NCBI GenBank assembly: GCA_963667035.1 | Contig: OY762964.1 | Location: forward strand, 1,664,001-1,728,000 | Direction: 5' to 3' | DNA length: 64,000 nucleotides | Origin: Candidatus Cloacimonadales bacterium | Lineage (GTDB): Bacteria > Cloacimonadota > Cloacimonadia > Cloacimonadales > JAFGVF01 | Notes under the pieces: model-generated | Databases searched by the model: none | What the model saw: only the letters and a program-made list of their open reading frames with translations | Told to the model about the DNA's origin: nothing | Translations under genes and position numbers: made by a program | Shown here: piece by piece, positions 1 to 10,100 of the stretch | Layout of the letters: the number at the start of each line of letters is the position of its first letter | Numbering within the stretch: position 1 is the first letter of the stretch

Positions 1-2
1 TT

Positions 3-194
3 ATCAGAATAAAAGATAATGATACTGCATTCTTAGTTACAGAAGCTGAAGCAACTGAAATATCGAATGTGTTAAGCAGACATTCATATCAATGGGAGTC
101 TGACTTCATCTCTGATTTCCCTGAAAGATTTAAAGAGTATGAAGAGCTATTTTTACCTGAACTTTTGTATGGTGAAAAGAAAGAGGAAAGTTAG
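3..194 (+). CDS. 3' end of hypothetical protein (truncated by window start)
   Basis: Open frame from 3 (IRIKDNDTAF...LYGEKKEES) ending at TAG 192-194; translated by hand. Confidence 0.6.
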   Translation: MRIKDNDTAFLVTEAEATEISNVLSRHSYQWESDFISDFPERFKEYEELFLPELLYGEKKEES

Positions 195-205
195 CAGGTA
201 CTAAT

Positions 206-411
206 TAAGGCAATTTCGCCATTTTGGGTGCTAACATTTTCGCCAAACTGCCTGCTAACATTTTCGCCAAACTGCCTGCTAACATTTTCGCCATTTTCCT
301 GCCATAATTTTCCATTATTTTACATTTTCGCCATTTTGCGATTTCGCAATTATTCGCTATAAACCATTATCGCTAAATGTATTTACACGACTAAGGCAAT
401 TTCGCCATTTT
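206..411. repeat. Repeat cluster: 24-bp tandem unit x2.7 plus 20-bp direct repeat
   Basis: TGCTAACATTTTCGCCAAACTGCC at 229-252 and 253-276, partial at 277-292; TAAGGCAATTTCGCCATTTT at 206-225 and 392-411; further TTTCGCCA copies. Confidence 0.9.
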
Positions 412-484
412 CCCTGCCCCCCTATAGCTTACGCTATTTATACCTTCTATAAATCCCCTTGCTGTGTAGATACTACCAACCCGT

Positions 485-571
485 TGTTTTTGCACTGTGA
501 TTCCACTGTGAACGCACTATCCACGCACTGAAACACCGGGTTAACAGTGCCTGCACAGTGCAAAAACAGTG
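485..571. repeat. Palindromic array with 11-bp period
   Basis: CACT at 493, 504, 515, 526; AGTG at 546, 557, 568; perfect 15-bp inverted repeat 485-499/554-568. Confidence 0.85.
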
Positions 572-824
572 GAAAGATTCTGCTTTAGTGAAACATCTAC
601 TCAGAGAGAAAAAATGGAGTTCTATTGTGATGAATCATTTGAAACAACATTCAGGTTTTGGAGCAAATAAATGTCTGCAAAGTTAAAGGCATAGAGATAA
701 TCGTTAAGGATTTGTATGTAAACCGTATTACTATCAGCGAAGGAAAGATAAAGATGTGAATAGTAATCAAACATGCTGTTGACAACTTTCAACGAAAATT
801 AAATATGTTTAACAAGGAGACAAA

Positions 825-1025
825 ATGGATAATATTGTTGGAAGAAGAATTATTGCAGAAGTTAATGGAAAGAAACAGACAGTTAGAGTGAAGTTAATAA
901 ATAATAGATTGGAAGTAACGGACTGGGATACCGGACATGAGATTATCAAGTTCAGAGTGGTGAATGCAAATCCTGTAAATCCAATAGTAGTAATCAGTTC
1001 CATGGAATGTGAAGATGAAAAATAG
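825..1025 (+). CDS. small hypothetical protein
   Basis: 66 aa ORF with AAGGAG RBS; overlaps the next gene start. Confidence 0.6.
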   Translation: MDNIVGRRIIAEVNGKKQTVRVKLINNRLEVTDWDTGHEIIKFRVVNANPVNPIVVISSMECEDEK

Positions 1026-1908
1026 AATTGTAACGGTCTTGTTGTTTTGCGGACTGTCTTTGCTGTCAGCAATAGAGATTTGGTTACCTCCTTCCAATAT
1101 TGCATACCCGTTTGTAAAAACTTGTGAAATGAACGAGAAGCTCGATTATAGGCTTTATAGAGATGTCAATACCGAGCTGTTACCGGTTTTGATAAAACAG
1201 AAGAGCGGTTTGTATCTGTTACCTGCGAATGTTGCATTAAAGCTTTATAATAGTGGTGTTAATATCAATGTTATAGCAGGATTCTCCACCGATATGTTGA
1301 AGATTCTGTCCAATGATGAGGGTGTTGTCTCCATAAAAGATTTAGATAAAAGAGAGTTCATAGCAGGTGGTCAGGGAAGTTCTCCCGATATTATATCTAA
1401 GCACCTTTTTAATTCTTATGAAATAGCACCGAATTACCAATATGGAAGCTCTCCTGAAATTGCCAGATTCTTTGTTGCGGGGAAATACAAAAATGTGATT
1501 CTTCCTCAGCCATTGGCCGAGTTTGCAGTATACAAATCAAAAACTGAGATAAAACAGTTTAACGTAACTGATGAATGGAAGAGAATACACACGGATAGTG
1601 ATGGAATTCCACAGCTGGTTTTGGTTTCTATCAATACGGATGGTTTAGTAAACACCGATGAAGTTTTAGAGTCATTCTCGAAGTTTGAAACGCTTATGAT
1701 CGAAGACAAGAAGAGTTCTGCTAATGATATAAAAGAATTGTTAGGTTATAAGTTCCCCGAAGAAGTCATAATGAGAAGCATTGCTCCGATTAATGTCTTA
1801 AAGGGAGATAAAGCAAAAAAAGAACTTAATGATTATTACAAAGCTATTATGGCTTTAGAGCCAAAGTCGATTGGCAGCAAATTACCCGATGAAGAGTTTT
1901 ATAACTAA
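1015..1908 (+). CDS. ABC transporter substrate-binding protein (NitT/TauT-like)
   Basis: Signal peptide, GQGSSPD motif, followed by permease and ATPase. Confidence 0.75.
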   Translation: MKNRIVTVLLFCGLSLLSAIEIWLPPSNIAYPFVKTCEMNEKLDYRLYRDVNTELLPVLIKQKSGLYLLPANVALKLYNSGVNINVIAGFSTDMLKILSNDEGVVSIKDLDKREFIAGGQGSSPDIISKHLFNSYEIAPNYQYGSSPEIARFFVAGKYKNVILPQPLAEFAVYKSKTEIKQFNVTDEWKRIHTDSDGIPQLVLVSINTDGLVNTDEVLESFSKFETLMIEDKKSSANDIKELLGYKFPEEVIMRSIAPINVLKGDKAKKELNDYYKAIMALEPKSIGSKLPDEEFYN

Positions 1909-2629
1909 CAAACTGCTTCCTTTCCTTGCTTTTATTGTTATCTGGCATGTGGCATCGCTGTTCTTTAGTAAGCTGATATTGCCATCACCAATTGATGTGG
2001 TTGGTGTTATTGTTAATATATTTCAAAGTGAATCCTTTTATACTTCTCTATCCATAACCTTGCTTCGCTCAGTCGGAGGTTTAATTATATCTCTGATTTT
2101 AGGAGTAATAATAGGTTTTGTCATGCATTTCTCAAAGATAGTCAATTCCATTATGCATCCGGTTTTGATAGTTCTTCAATCATTACCGATAATTTCATGG
2201 ATATTATTAGCATTGATATGGTTTGATAGTTCAATAATCCCCGTCTTCATTGTATCCGTTTCTACGCTTCCCATTATTGTTTTGAATGTGTATGAGGGTC
2301 TGAAAGAGATTAGTAATGACTATTTAGAGTTAGTGAAATTCTATAAACTTGGATTTATGAAGTGCCTCAAAGGACTCTATTTCCCAACCGTGATAACTTT
2401 CATAGTCTCAGCTTACAAAATAATAATTGGTTTGTGTGTAAAGACATCTGTAATGGCTGAGGTTATAAGCAGAGTGAAACATGGGATAGGTAATGACTTG
2501 AATCAGGCCTGGATTAACATAGATACTACAGAAGTACTCGCTTATACGGTTATAATAGTTTTATTCACATATATGCTTGAGCGAGTGTTATCTTTGAGCT
2601 TCAATAAAGTCTTAAGGAATTACAGATGA
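1889..2629 (+). CDS. ABC transporter permease (NitT/TauT/SsuC-like)
   Basis: Hydrophobic; ILPSP and AEVI...GIG motifs; ATG 1889 preferred to TTG 1871. Confidence 0.85.
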   Translation: MKSFITNKLLPFLAFIVIWHVASLFFSKLILPSPIDVVGVIVNIFQSESFYTSLSITLLRSVGGLIISLILGVIIGFVMHFSKIVNSIMHPVLIVLQSLPIISWILLALIWFDSSIIPVFIVSVSTLPIIVLNVYEGLKEISNDYLELVKFYKLGFMKCLKGLYFPTVITFIVSAYKIIIGLCVKTSVMAEVISRVKHGIGNDLNQAWINIDTTEVLAYTVIIVLFTYMLERVLSLSFNKVLRNYR

Positions 2630-3318
2630 TTAAGATAACCAATCTGACAAAGAGTTTCGATGATAACATGATATTTGAGAATCTTAATCTTACCATTAAT
2701 TCAGGGAATACCGTGATTTTAGGACCTTCAGGTTCCGGAAAAACAACTCTTCTAAGACTGATGGCAGGACTGGACCATAGTTACAAAGGGCAAATTGTTC
2801 ACGAGCATAGCAGCCTGAGCTATGTATTCCAGGAGGATAGACTCTTGCCTTGGAAAACTCTGAGACAGAATATAGAATTTATCATCCCGAAGCCTAATGT
2901 ATTACAGGCAAGAATCGAGAATGTCTCCCAATCTCTTCATATTGATGATTTGCTTGATAAGAAGCCTTACGAGTTAAGCGGAGGACAAAAGAGAAGATGT
3001 GCAATTGCCAGAGGTTTTATATATCCTTCCGAGACAATTCTTATGGATGAACCTTTCAGTTCTTTGGATCTTTATCTGAAACTCAAAATTATAAGTGATC
3101 TAAGAGCTCTATTGGAAGAAGAAGATAGAAATATGATATTGATTACTCATGATATAAATGAAGCTTTACTTCTGGCAGATGAGATAATTATCTTTAAACA
3201 AACACCGATAACCGATTACAAGAGAATAAACATAGATTTGAAGCATAGAAGAATTGATGATGATGAGTTCAGTAGATTGGGCAGTGAAATCTATCATTAT
3301 TTATTGGAAAGGAGTTAG
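2626..3318 (+). CDS. ABC transporter ATP-binding protein
   Basis: GPSGSGKT, LSGGQ, MDEPF. Confidence 0.92.
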   Translation: MIKITNLTKSFDDNMIFENLNLTINSGNTVILGPSGSGKTTLLRLMAGLDHSYKGQIVHEHSSLSYVFQEDRLLPWKTLRQNIEFIIPKPNVLQARIENVSQSLHIDDLLDKKPYELSGGQKRRCAIARGFIYPSETILMDEPFSSLDLYLKLKIISDLRALLEEEDRNMILITHDINEALLLADEIIIFKQTPITDYKRINIDLKHRRIDDDEFSRLGSEIYHYLLERS

Positions 3319-3320
3319 TT

Positions 3321-3695
3321 ATGATATATGGAATCGGTACTGATATTATTGAAATAGAAAGAATTGAAAAGAGCTTAACTAAGACTCCTACAATGAAAGA
3401 TAGACTGTTTCATCAAGCTGAGCAAGACTACTGTGAGGATAAAACTCGGAAGTATGAACACTATGCAGCTCGCTTTGCTGCAAAAGAAGCGTTTCTTAAA
3501 GCTTTGGGAACAGGACTTAGAGACGGTCTTGCCTTCCATGAAATTGTTGTGATGAATAATAAATTGGGAGCTCCTTCATTCAAGCTAATAGGTAAAAGTA
3601 AAGAGATAGTTGAAAGCCTGAATCTTGTCTCGATAAAGGTTTCTATGTCCCATGTTAAAGAAACTGCTATCGCCTTTGTAGTTATTGAAAGATAA
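3321..3695 (+). CDS. acpS: holo-ACP synthase
   Basis: GIGTDIIE, RFAAKEAFLKALGTG, SMSH. Confidence 0.95.
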   Translation: MIYGIGTDIIEIERIEKSLTKTPTMKDRLFHQAEQDYCEDKTRKYEHYAARFAAKEAFLKALGTGLRDGLAFHEIVVMNNKLGAPSFKLIGKSKEIVESLNLVSIKVSMSHVKETAIAFVVIER

Positions 3696-3774
3696 TCCTA
3701 CAAGTCTTCTACTTGACTTATGTAGTTACAGATTCGATTATGCTAGGAGAACAAGGTTCTTCTTATGTTTTCAA

Positions 3775-4350
3775 TTATCTTTTATCTTCATTCGGAGTGT
3801 AGTGAATATCACCACTATTATTGATAGAAGTATACTTATCAAGTAGTTTTTCCATCTCAATTCTTGGTGTAATATACTTTGGTCCACCCCAAAATCCTTT
3901 ATTAAGTATATCTAAGCGTTTTAAGAAATCCCAATCTTCTAATGAGGATTTACCTGCCTTAAAAAAATTAAGATTGTAAAGCATGTCATTTTGTACTCCG
4001 AGATTTTTTCTGTCTCCATTAGTTCTATAAAGCCTTATTTCTCCTAAAAGAGCTTTAAGGGAAACAGGGGAATACATATGAATCGAATAGCACACTTGTC
4101 TATAGAACGAATCATTTATAATCACATCAATGTCTTTCAATAGTTTATTGGTGACATTGGGAATTATGAAAGAGAAATATGTCTTAGAATTAGTAACAAA
4201 CCAGCATTTCCGCCTACATAAATATATCAGTCTAATATTCCAAGTTCCAAGTGGGTGATCTGTTGCCTCGTCAGAAGCTTTATCCAACTTAAAAGGCAGA
4301 GTCTTTTCTAACTTAGTGCTTAAATGAAATCGAGTAATCATGTTAATCAT
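3775..4350 (-). CDS. hypothetical protein (DUF6933-like)
   Basis: 191 aa; PLGTW...RRKCW...NSKT and TNGDRKNLG...ND pattern. Confidence 0.55.
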   Translation of the reverse strand: MINMITRFHLSTKLEKTLPFKLDKASDEATDHPLGTWNIRLIYLCRRKCWFVTNSKTYFSFIIPNVTNKLLKDIDVIINDSFYRQVCYSIHMYSPVSLKALLGEIRLYRTNGDRKNLGVQNDMLYNLNFFKAGKSSLEDWDFLKRLDILNKGFWGGPKYITPRIEMEKLLDKYTSINNSGDIHYTPNEDKR

Positions 4351-4391
4351 CCTTTAGAAGTAATATGAAATAGTATATACACTTTGTTAAA

Positions 4392-4853
4392 CTAGTGATT
4401 AGAAAATCCCAGTTGTCGCCAAGCTTCATAGAGCATTATTCCAACACTGTTTGCAAGATTAATGGATCTGATGTTATCAGTCATTGGGATCGTAATGTTC
4501 ATCTCTTTATGAGCAAACAGGATACCTTCAGGAATTCCGCGAGATTCGGGTCCGAATATCAAAGCATCCTCTGACTCAAACTTAACATCGGTATATAGTT
4601 TATCAGTTTTTGTTGTACAATAGAATATGTTTATATCAGGATACTTTGAGATGAAATCCTCATAGGAATCATGCATTATAAGAGTGAGTTTATCCCAATA
4701 ATCAAGTCCGGCTCTCTTTAAATGTTTATCACTTAAGATGAACCTCATTGGTTTTATAATATGAAGTTCTGCTCCGGATCCGACGCATAGTCTTCCTATG
4801 TTTCCGGTATTAGCAGGAATCTCAGGTTGATATAATACTATTTTAAATGGCAT
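4392..4853 (-). CDS. trmL: tRNA (cytidine/uridine-34-2'-O)-methyltransferase
   Basis: PEIPANTGNI, RAGLDYW, FGPESRG, RSINLANS. Confidence 0.93.
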   Translation of the reverse strand: MPFKIVLYQPEIPANTGNIGRLCVGSGAELHIIKPMRFILSDKHLKRAGLDYWDKLTLIMHDSYEDFISKYPDINIFYCTTKTDKLYTDVKFESEDALIFGPESRGIPEGILFAHKEMNITIPMTDNIRSINLANSVGIMLYEAWRQLGFSNH

Positions 4854-5597
4854 TTATACTCCGAAAAGGAACCAGGCAACTACAAAGTCGAAGATAAGAA
4901 TTAGTATAGAAGAATAGACAACGGAAGAAGTAGTCATTTTACCGACTCCTTCTGCACCGCCTTCAGTTAAGCTACCGCAGAAACAGGCAACAGATGTTAT
5001 AATAAATCCGAATACTAATGACTTAATCAATCCACTCCATAAGTCGAACGGTTCAAAATAGTTTTGCATATTGCTAAAGAATGTATGAAAGTTTATTTTA
5101 TACTGATATATTGAAAACACATAAGCTGAAACTATACCAAGTAAGTTTGCTATTACAGTTAGGATAGGAACCATTATTAATCCTGCAACTATTCTTGGCA
5201 TATATAGATAGTCGTGAGGTTCCACAGCTAAAGCTTTTAAAGCATCAATCTGCTCCGTAACCTTCATTGTTCCTATTTCAGCAGTAAGAGAAGCTCCTAC
5301 TTTACCTGTTAAAACTAAGGCTGTTAAGACAGGGGCAAGCTCAGTCATTGTTGATTTCCCAACCATAACTCCTATGTAGTCCAAAGGAATAAATCCTTTT
5401 GTCTGATATATAGCTTGAAGAGCTGTAACTAGACCGGTAAAACCTGATGTAATAGCTATTAGGAGTAGTGAGTCTACACCTATTCTTTTCATTTGCTTTA
5501 TAATCTCGAAAAGACGTTTGGGTATATTGGGAAGAAACTTTAAACATTTTCCCGTGAATATCGCATATTGCCCAAGTCTTACTAGAAATGTTAACAT
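4854..5597 (-). CDS. mlaE: MlaE-family ABC permease
   Basis: ELAPVLTALVLTGKVGA...EIGTMKVTEQIDAL, GGAEGVG. Confidence 0.9.
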   Translation of the reverse strand: MLTFLVRLGQYAIFTGKCLKFLPNIPKRLFEIIKQMKRIGVDSLLLIAITSGFTGLVTALQAIYQTKGFIPLDYIGVMVGKSTMTELAPVLTALVLTGKVGASLTAEIGTMKVTEQIDALKALAVEPHDYLYMPRIVAGLIMVPILTVIANLLGIVSAYVFSIYQYKINFHTFFSNMQNYFEPFDLWSGLIKSLVFGFIITSVACFCGSLTEGGAEGVGKMTTSSVVYSSILILIFDFVVAWFLFGV

Positions 5598-6932
5598 CTA
5601 TTGTTGTTCCAATGGCTTAAAGCAAGTGTATTCTCTTTCCCATCTGAGTTTTACCGCATTGGTAGCACCATGACGGTTCTTGCCGACAATAATCTCGGCA
5701 ACATTGGGTTCTTCAGATTCCTTGTTATAATAGTCATCACGATAAATAAACATAACCATATCGGCATCCTGTTCAATTGCTCCTGATTCCCTTAAATCCG
5801 AAAGCATAGGACGTTTGTCTGGTCGGGATTCCAAACCACGGTTTAGCTGTGAAAGTGCAATTACAGGTAACTCCAGCTCTTTTGCTAAAACTTTCATAGC
5901 ACGTGATATTTCTGAAATCTCCTGCTGTCTGTTGTCTCTATTATTGGATGATGACATCAATTGCAGATAGTCAATAACAACTAGATCAAGTCCACCAAGT
6001 TCTGCTTTCAATCTTCTTGTTTTAGCTCTAACATCAAGAGCAGTATTAGTACCCGTATCATCTATATAGATATCCTTAGTTGAGAACTCTTTAGCCACAT
6101 TAGTGATTCTGGTCATTTTCTGCTCGGTTAGCCCATATCCTTTAATCATTGATTCCATCTTGACTTCTGTCATAGAACTGAGCATTCTCATAACAACTTC
6201 ATCCGCTCCCATCTCCATTGTGAAGATTGCAACCTTCTTATTACTAAAGACTGAAGCATTCAAAGCTAGATTTAAAGCAAAAGCTGATTTACCCATAGCA
6301 GGTCTGGCAGCAACAACTATAAATTGACCGGGTCTGAAACCTCCGGTCACTCTATCAAGATCCGGGAATCCTGAAACAATAACATCTGTTTGAGTGTGCG
6401 ATGATTTCACTTCTTCAATATGTGTTAGGGTCGGATCAATAACATCCGCAATCGAAAGAAATATCTTTGAACCGGGTCTTTCTGCAACTTCAAAGATTAA
6501 CTGTTCTGCCTTATCCACTATTTCTTTTGAAGATAAATCAGAGCTTCTGGCTGTCTCAATGATGGTGTTACAGGATTCAATAAGCATCCTTAAAAGGGAT
6601 TGGTCTTCAACTATTTTGGCATGAAACTCAAAGTTGGCACTTGATAAAACAACATCAGATATTTCGTTAATGTATTCGGCACCACCTACTTTATCAAGAA
6701 TCTCTTTTCTCTTGAGACGATTGATTATGGTTATAGGATCGGCTTCAATGTTCTCTTCGTATAACTCAATCATGGTCTTATATATCATTCTATGAGCGGT
6801 ACGATAGAAGTATTCCGGTTTTAGCTCTGTTACACCTTGTGAAAGCGTTGCTTGATCTATCATCATTGCTGAGAGTACAGCTGCTTCTGCATTAATATCA
6901 TAAGGTAATTTTCTTTGTGAAATATCTGACAT
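5598..6932 (-). CDS. dnaB: replicative DNA helicase
   Basis: AARPAMGKS, IDYLQL, LSDLRESGAIEQDAD; ATG 6932 has an AGGAG RBS. Confidence 0.97.
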   Translation of the reverse strand: MSDISQRKLPYDINAEAAVLSAMMIDQATLSQGVTELKPEYFYRTAHRMIYKTMIELYEENIEADPITIINRLKRKEILDKVGGAEYINEISDVVLSSANFEFHAKIVEDQSLLRMLIESCNTIIETARSSDLSSKEIVDKAEQLIFEVAERPGSKIFLSIADVIDPTLTHIEEVKSSHTQTDVIVSGFPDLDRVTGGFRPGQFIVVAARPAMGKSAFALNLALNASVFSNKKVAIFTMEMGADEVVMRMLSSMTEVKMESMIKGYGLTEQKMTRITNVAKEFSTKDIYIDDTGTNTALDVRAKTRRLKAELGGLDLVVIDYLQLMSSSNNRDNRQQEISEISRAMKVLAKELELPVIALSQLNRGLESRPDKRPMLSDLRESGAIEQDADMVMFIYRDDYYNKESEEPNVAEIIVGKNRHGATNAVKLRWEREYTCFKPLEQQ

Positions 6933-7170
6933 ATTTGCTCCTGTATCGTTTAACAATTTCGATTAATTTTCTTTATCACGACTAAGGTCAAGCTTTTTCA
7001 AAAATAGTTTACTAAAGTTGTCCTTGTTTACAGATTATGACAAGAATAGTAATCATTACTAGGCGTTTTCTAATAAAAAGACTTGCTTTATACAAAAGAT
7101 TTAATTAGCATTTTTTTTGGAATATCTTTGGCATAGATATAATTTCGATATTTATTATGAGGAGTAGTAT

Positions 7171-10100
7171 ATGAAGTTGAGAATCTGTTTTATTACTATA
7201 ATGTTAGTGGTAGTGTCATTTGTGTTTGCTGTTAAAGGAGTATCGTTTGAATCAAATAATAATCAGGTCATAATCAACTATAATGCTAACTCCGAAGAAT
7301 CATTTCTTGTTCGTATTCCCAATACAGGTAAGGTAGAAGTTAACTGGAAAGTTGAATTTGAGAATGGTAGTATTGCATCAGGCATGGGAGATAGTCAGTT
7401 GTTTCTAATCAGTACACCAGCTATTTATAGAGATTTACGTGTCGTCTCTGTAAAGATTAACAAGAATGAGACGATAAAACAACTTACAATTGCTCTAAAT
7501 ATAGATAGAGATGTTCCGGGAACAAATGAAAAGATAAACTGTAAAACTGTCTCAAGATCTTTCAACGAGATATATGACAACACTGTTATTAATTACACTC
7601 CCGAGAGAAATCTAAGTAAAGACAGAATCCTGTATTTTTATCCCGAAGAAGTCGAAGAATATGTTACAGAGTTGGGTAACTGGAAGCTACGAACCGGTTT
7701 TGAAGTTGAGTACTATCCACTAACTGCAGAGACAAACACCACTGCTTGGATTTATAATGAGATTCTGCAAGCGTATAACACCTTCAATCCACCTTCATTT
7801 GTTGTGCTGTTTGGAGATGTTAATGGAAATTACCATCTTCCTACTCATTGGTATGATTATCCTACGGGAACAGCTGAAGGAGATCATCCTTATGCAACTC
7901 TAGAAGGTAATGATATAGTTGAAGATATAGCTATCGGTAGAGTCTCATTTAGTACAACAAGTGAGCTCTCTACAATTATTCATAAAATTAAACTCTATGA
8001 AGGAATGCAGAATGTTCCTTTAGGATGGCAAAACAGAGTTTTATTGGTAAGTGATACGGATGAATCGGGTATTTCAACTTACACGACTAATCAATACGTG
8101 AAAGAGATAATGTCTAATTACAATAATGATTTTGCATTTACCGAACTTGTAGGAACCAGTCCGAGCCCAAGTCTTATGACTTCCAATCTCAATGTCGGTG
8201 TATCATTTTTTAACTATAGAGGATTTCTTGGAATGAGTGGTTGGGATGCTTACGAAGCAAATACTTTACTTAATGGTCCCAGATTGCCTATTGTCACGAC
8301 TATAACTTGTGATACCGGAAGTTTTGGAATTGGACTAAGTAGAACAGAAGCTTTCTTAAGAGCCGGAACTCCACAACTTCCTGCAGGTGCCATAGCATCA
8401 ATAGGATGTTCAACAGCAGATACTCATACATGCTACAATAATCTGGTTGATGCGTCAATATACGAAGGCTTGTTTGTTCATGATATTAAGACAATAGGAG
8501 AAGCTCTTCTCTATGCTAAGAATCAGTTGTTTACTGTTTATGGTGCTTCACAACCGGAAGTCTTACCATATAATTACCAGATTTTCAACCTTATGGGTGA
8601 TCCATCTACAGTAGTTGTTAAAGGTAATCCTTCAATTTTTACAGTAGATACTTCTGGCTTTGACGGCACAGGTTCATTACCATGCTCTATAAACGGGTTA
8701 AACGGACAGGAATACTTCTATTCACTTTGGTCGGATACTAATGGGATGATTGCTTCAGGATTTTCTTCTGCAACCGATATCAACTTACCCATTGGTATTG
8801 ATTCTGAAAGCATCAAGCTACTGATTACCTCTGAGGGTTACAAGCCTGTAGAGCAGATTATAAATGTTAATAATGAAGTTGGTTTCGGTAATCCGGTTGT
8901 TAGTATTCAAACTCAAGGTATCAGTACTGAATTCATATATCCGAATACTGCATCTTCTGTAAATGTTACTTGTAACAGTAGAGGAGTTAATCCGGGAGTC
9001 TATCCTGTATCATATTATATCATAAATAGTGATGGAGAGACAATACGAACCAATGAAGCTCAGCTTGATGTAAATGCTGATAATACTTCCGGTTTAAATC
9101 AACCGATTATTATACCGGCAATTAACAAAAGGGATTTAAGTTCAGGATTGAAACTCAGACTTGTTATCAATGCAAATGATAGTACGGCTATTGAGGTTGA
9201 TTTACCTGCTTACTCCAGTGACTTGAAAGTAACTCACGAGTTCAGTTACACAAAAACAGAGGAAATGGTATTGGGTGAAACATCTGAACTTATGGTACGA
9301 CTGGAAAATGAAAGGCCAAACGACTATACGGTTGATTGGAGTAATACTTATATTGAAGGTGCTCCTTTGCTTTCTAACATAGATTTAAATGATGAAAGTG
9401 TGCTACAATACTATACTTTCCATTGTGATGCTGACCTGGATATTAACATACAACACTATATTCCCATTACAGTTAACTTATCAATGAACAATGGGATTAC
9501 TCTTTTTTGGATTGATTATATTGAGTTCAATGTGATATACGGTGGAAGCGATAATCCGTATAGAGATAATACTGGAAGATACTCGATATTCACTAACAGC
9601 ATGAGGAATACTCCCGAGTTAATGAGTAACAACTGGATTGAATTGAATCCTGAGTTAGGTGGTAATGGAGAGCTGACAGAGATAAGTGATGAAATTGAGG
9701 AAGATGATGATGTGATTACAAGAGACTTACCGTTTGAGTTTAACTGGTACAATCAAGCATTCAGTCAAGTCTCTATTTGTTCAAACGGATGGATATCAAT
9801 GGGAAGTACCGATCAGTTCATTGCAAGAAACTGGAGATTCCCGGGACCATTAGGTCCTTCGAATATGATTGCTCCATTTTGGGATGATTTGATTACTACT
9901 AACGGGGGAGTCTATACATATAATGATGTATCAAATGATAGATACATTGTCCAATGGGATTGTTACACGCTCTTTGATAATACCCCTGAGAAGTTTCAAT
10001 TGCATTTGTACGGAAGCGGAGAAATACTATTCATATATAATGATGTTACGGCCGTAGATGATAATTATGAATTCCAGCACGGTTCATACTTTACTACAGG

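Noticed and set aside
206..411. CRISPR array
   Set aside because: Repeats are adjacent with no unique spacers; no cas genes in the window
614..759. Short ORF fragments upstream of 825
   Set aside because: Under 45 codons in different frames with no recognisable homology
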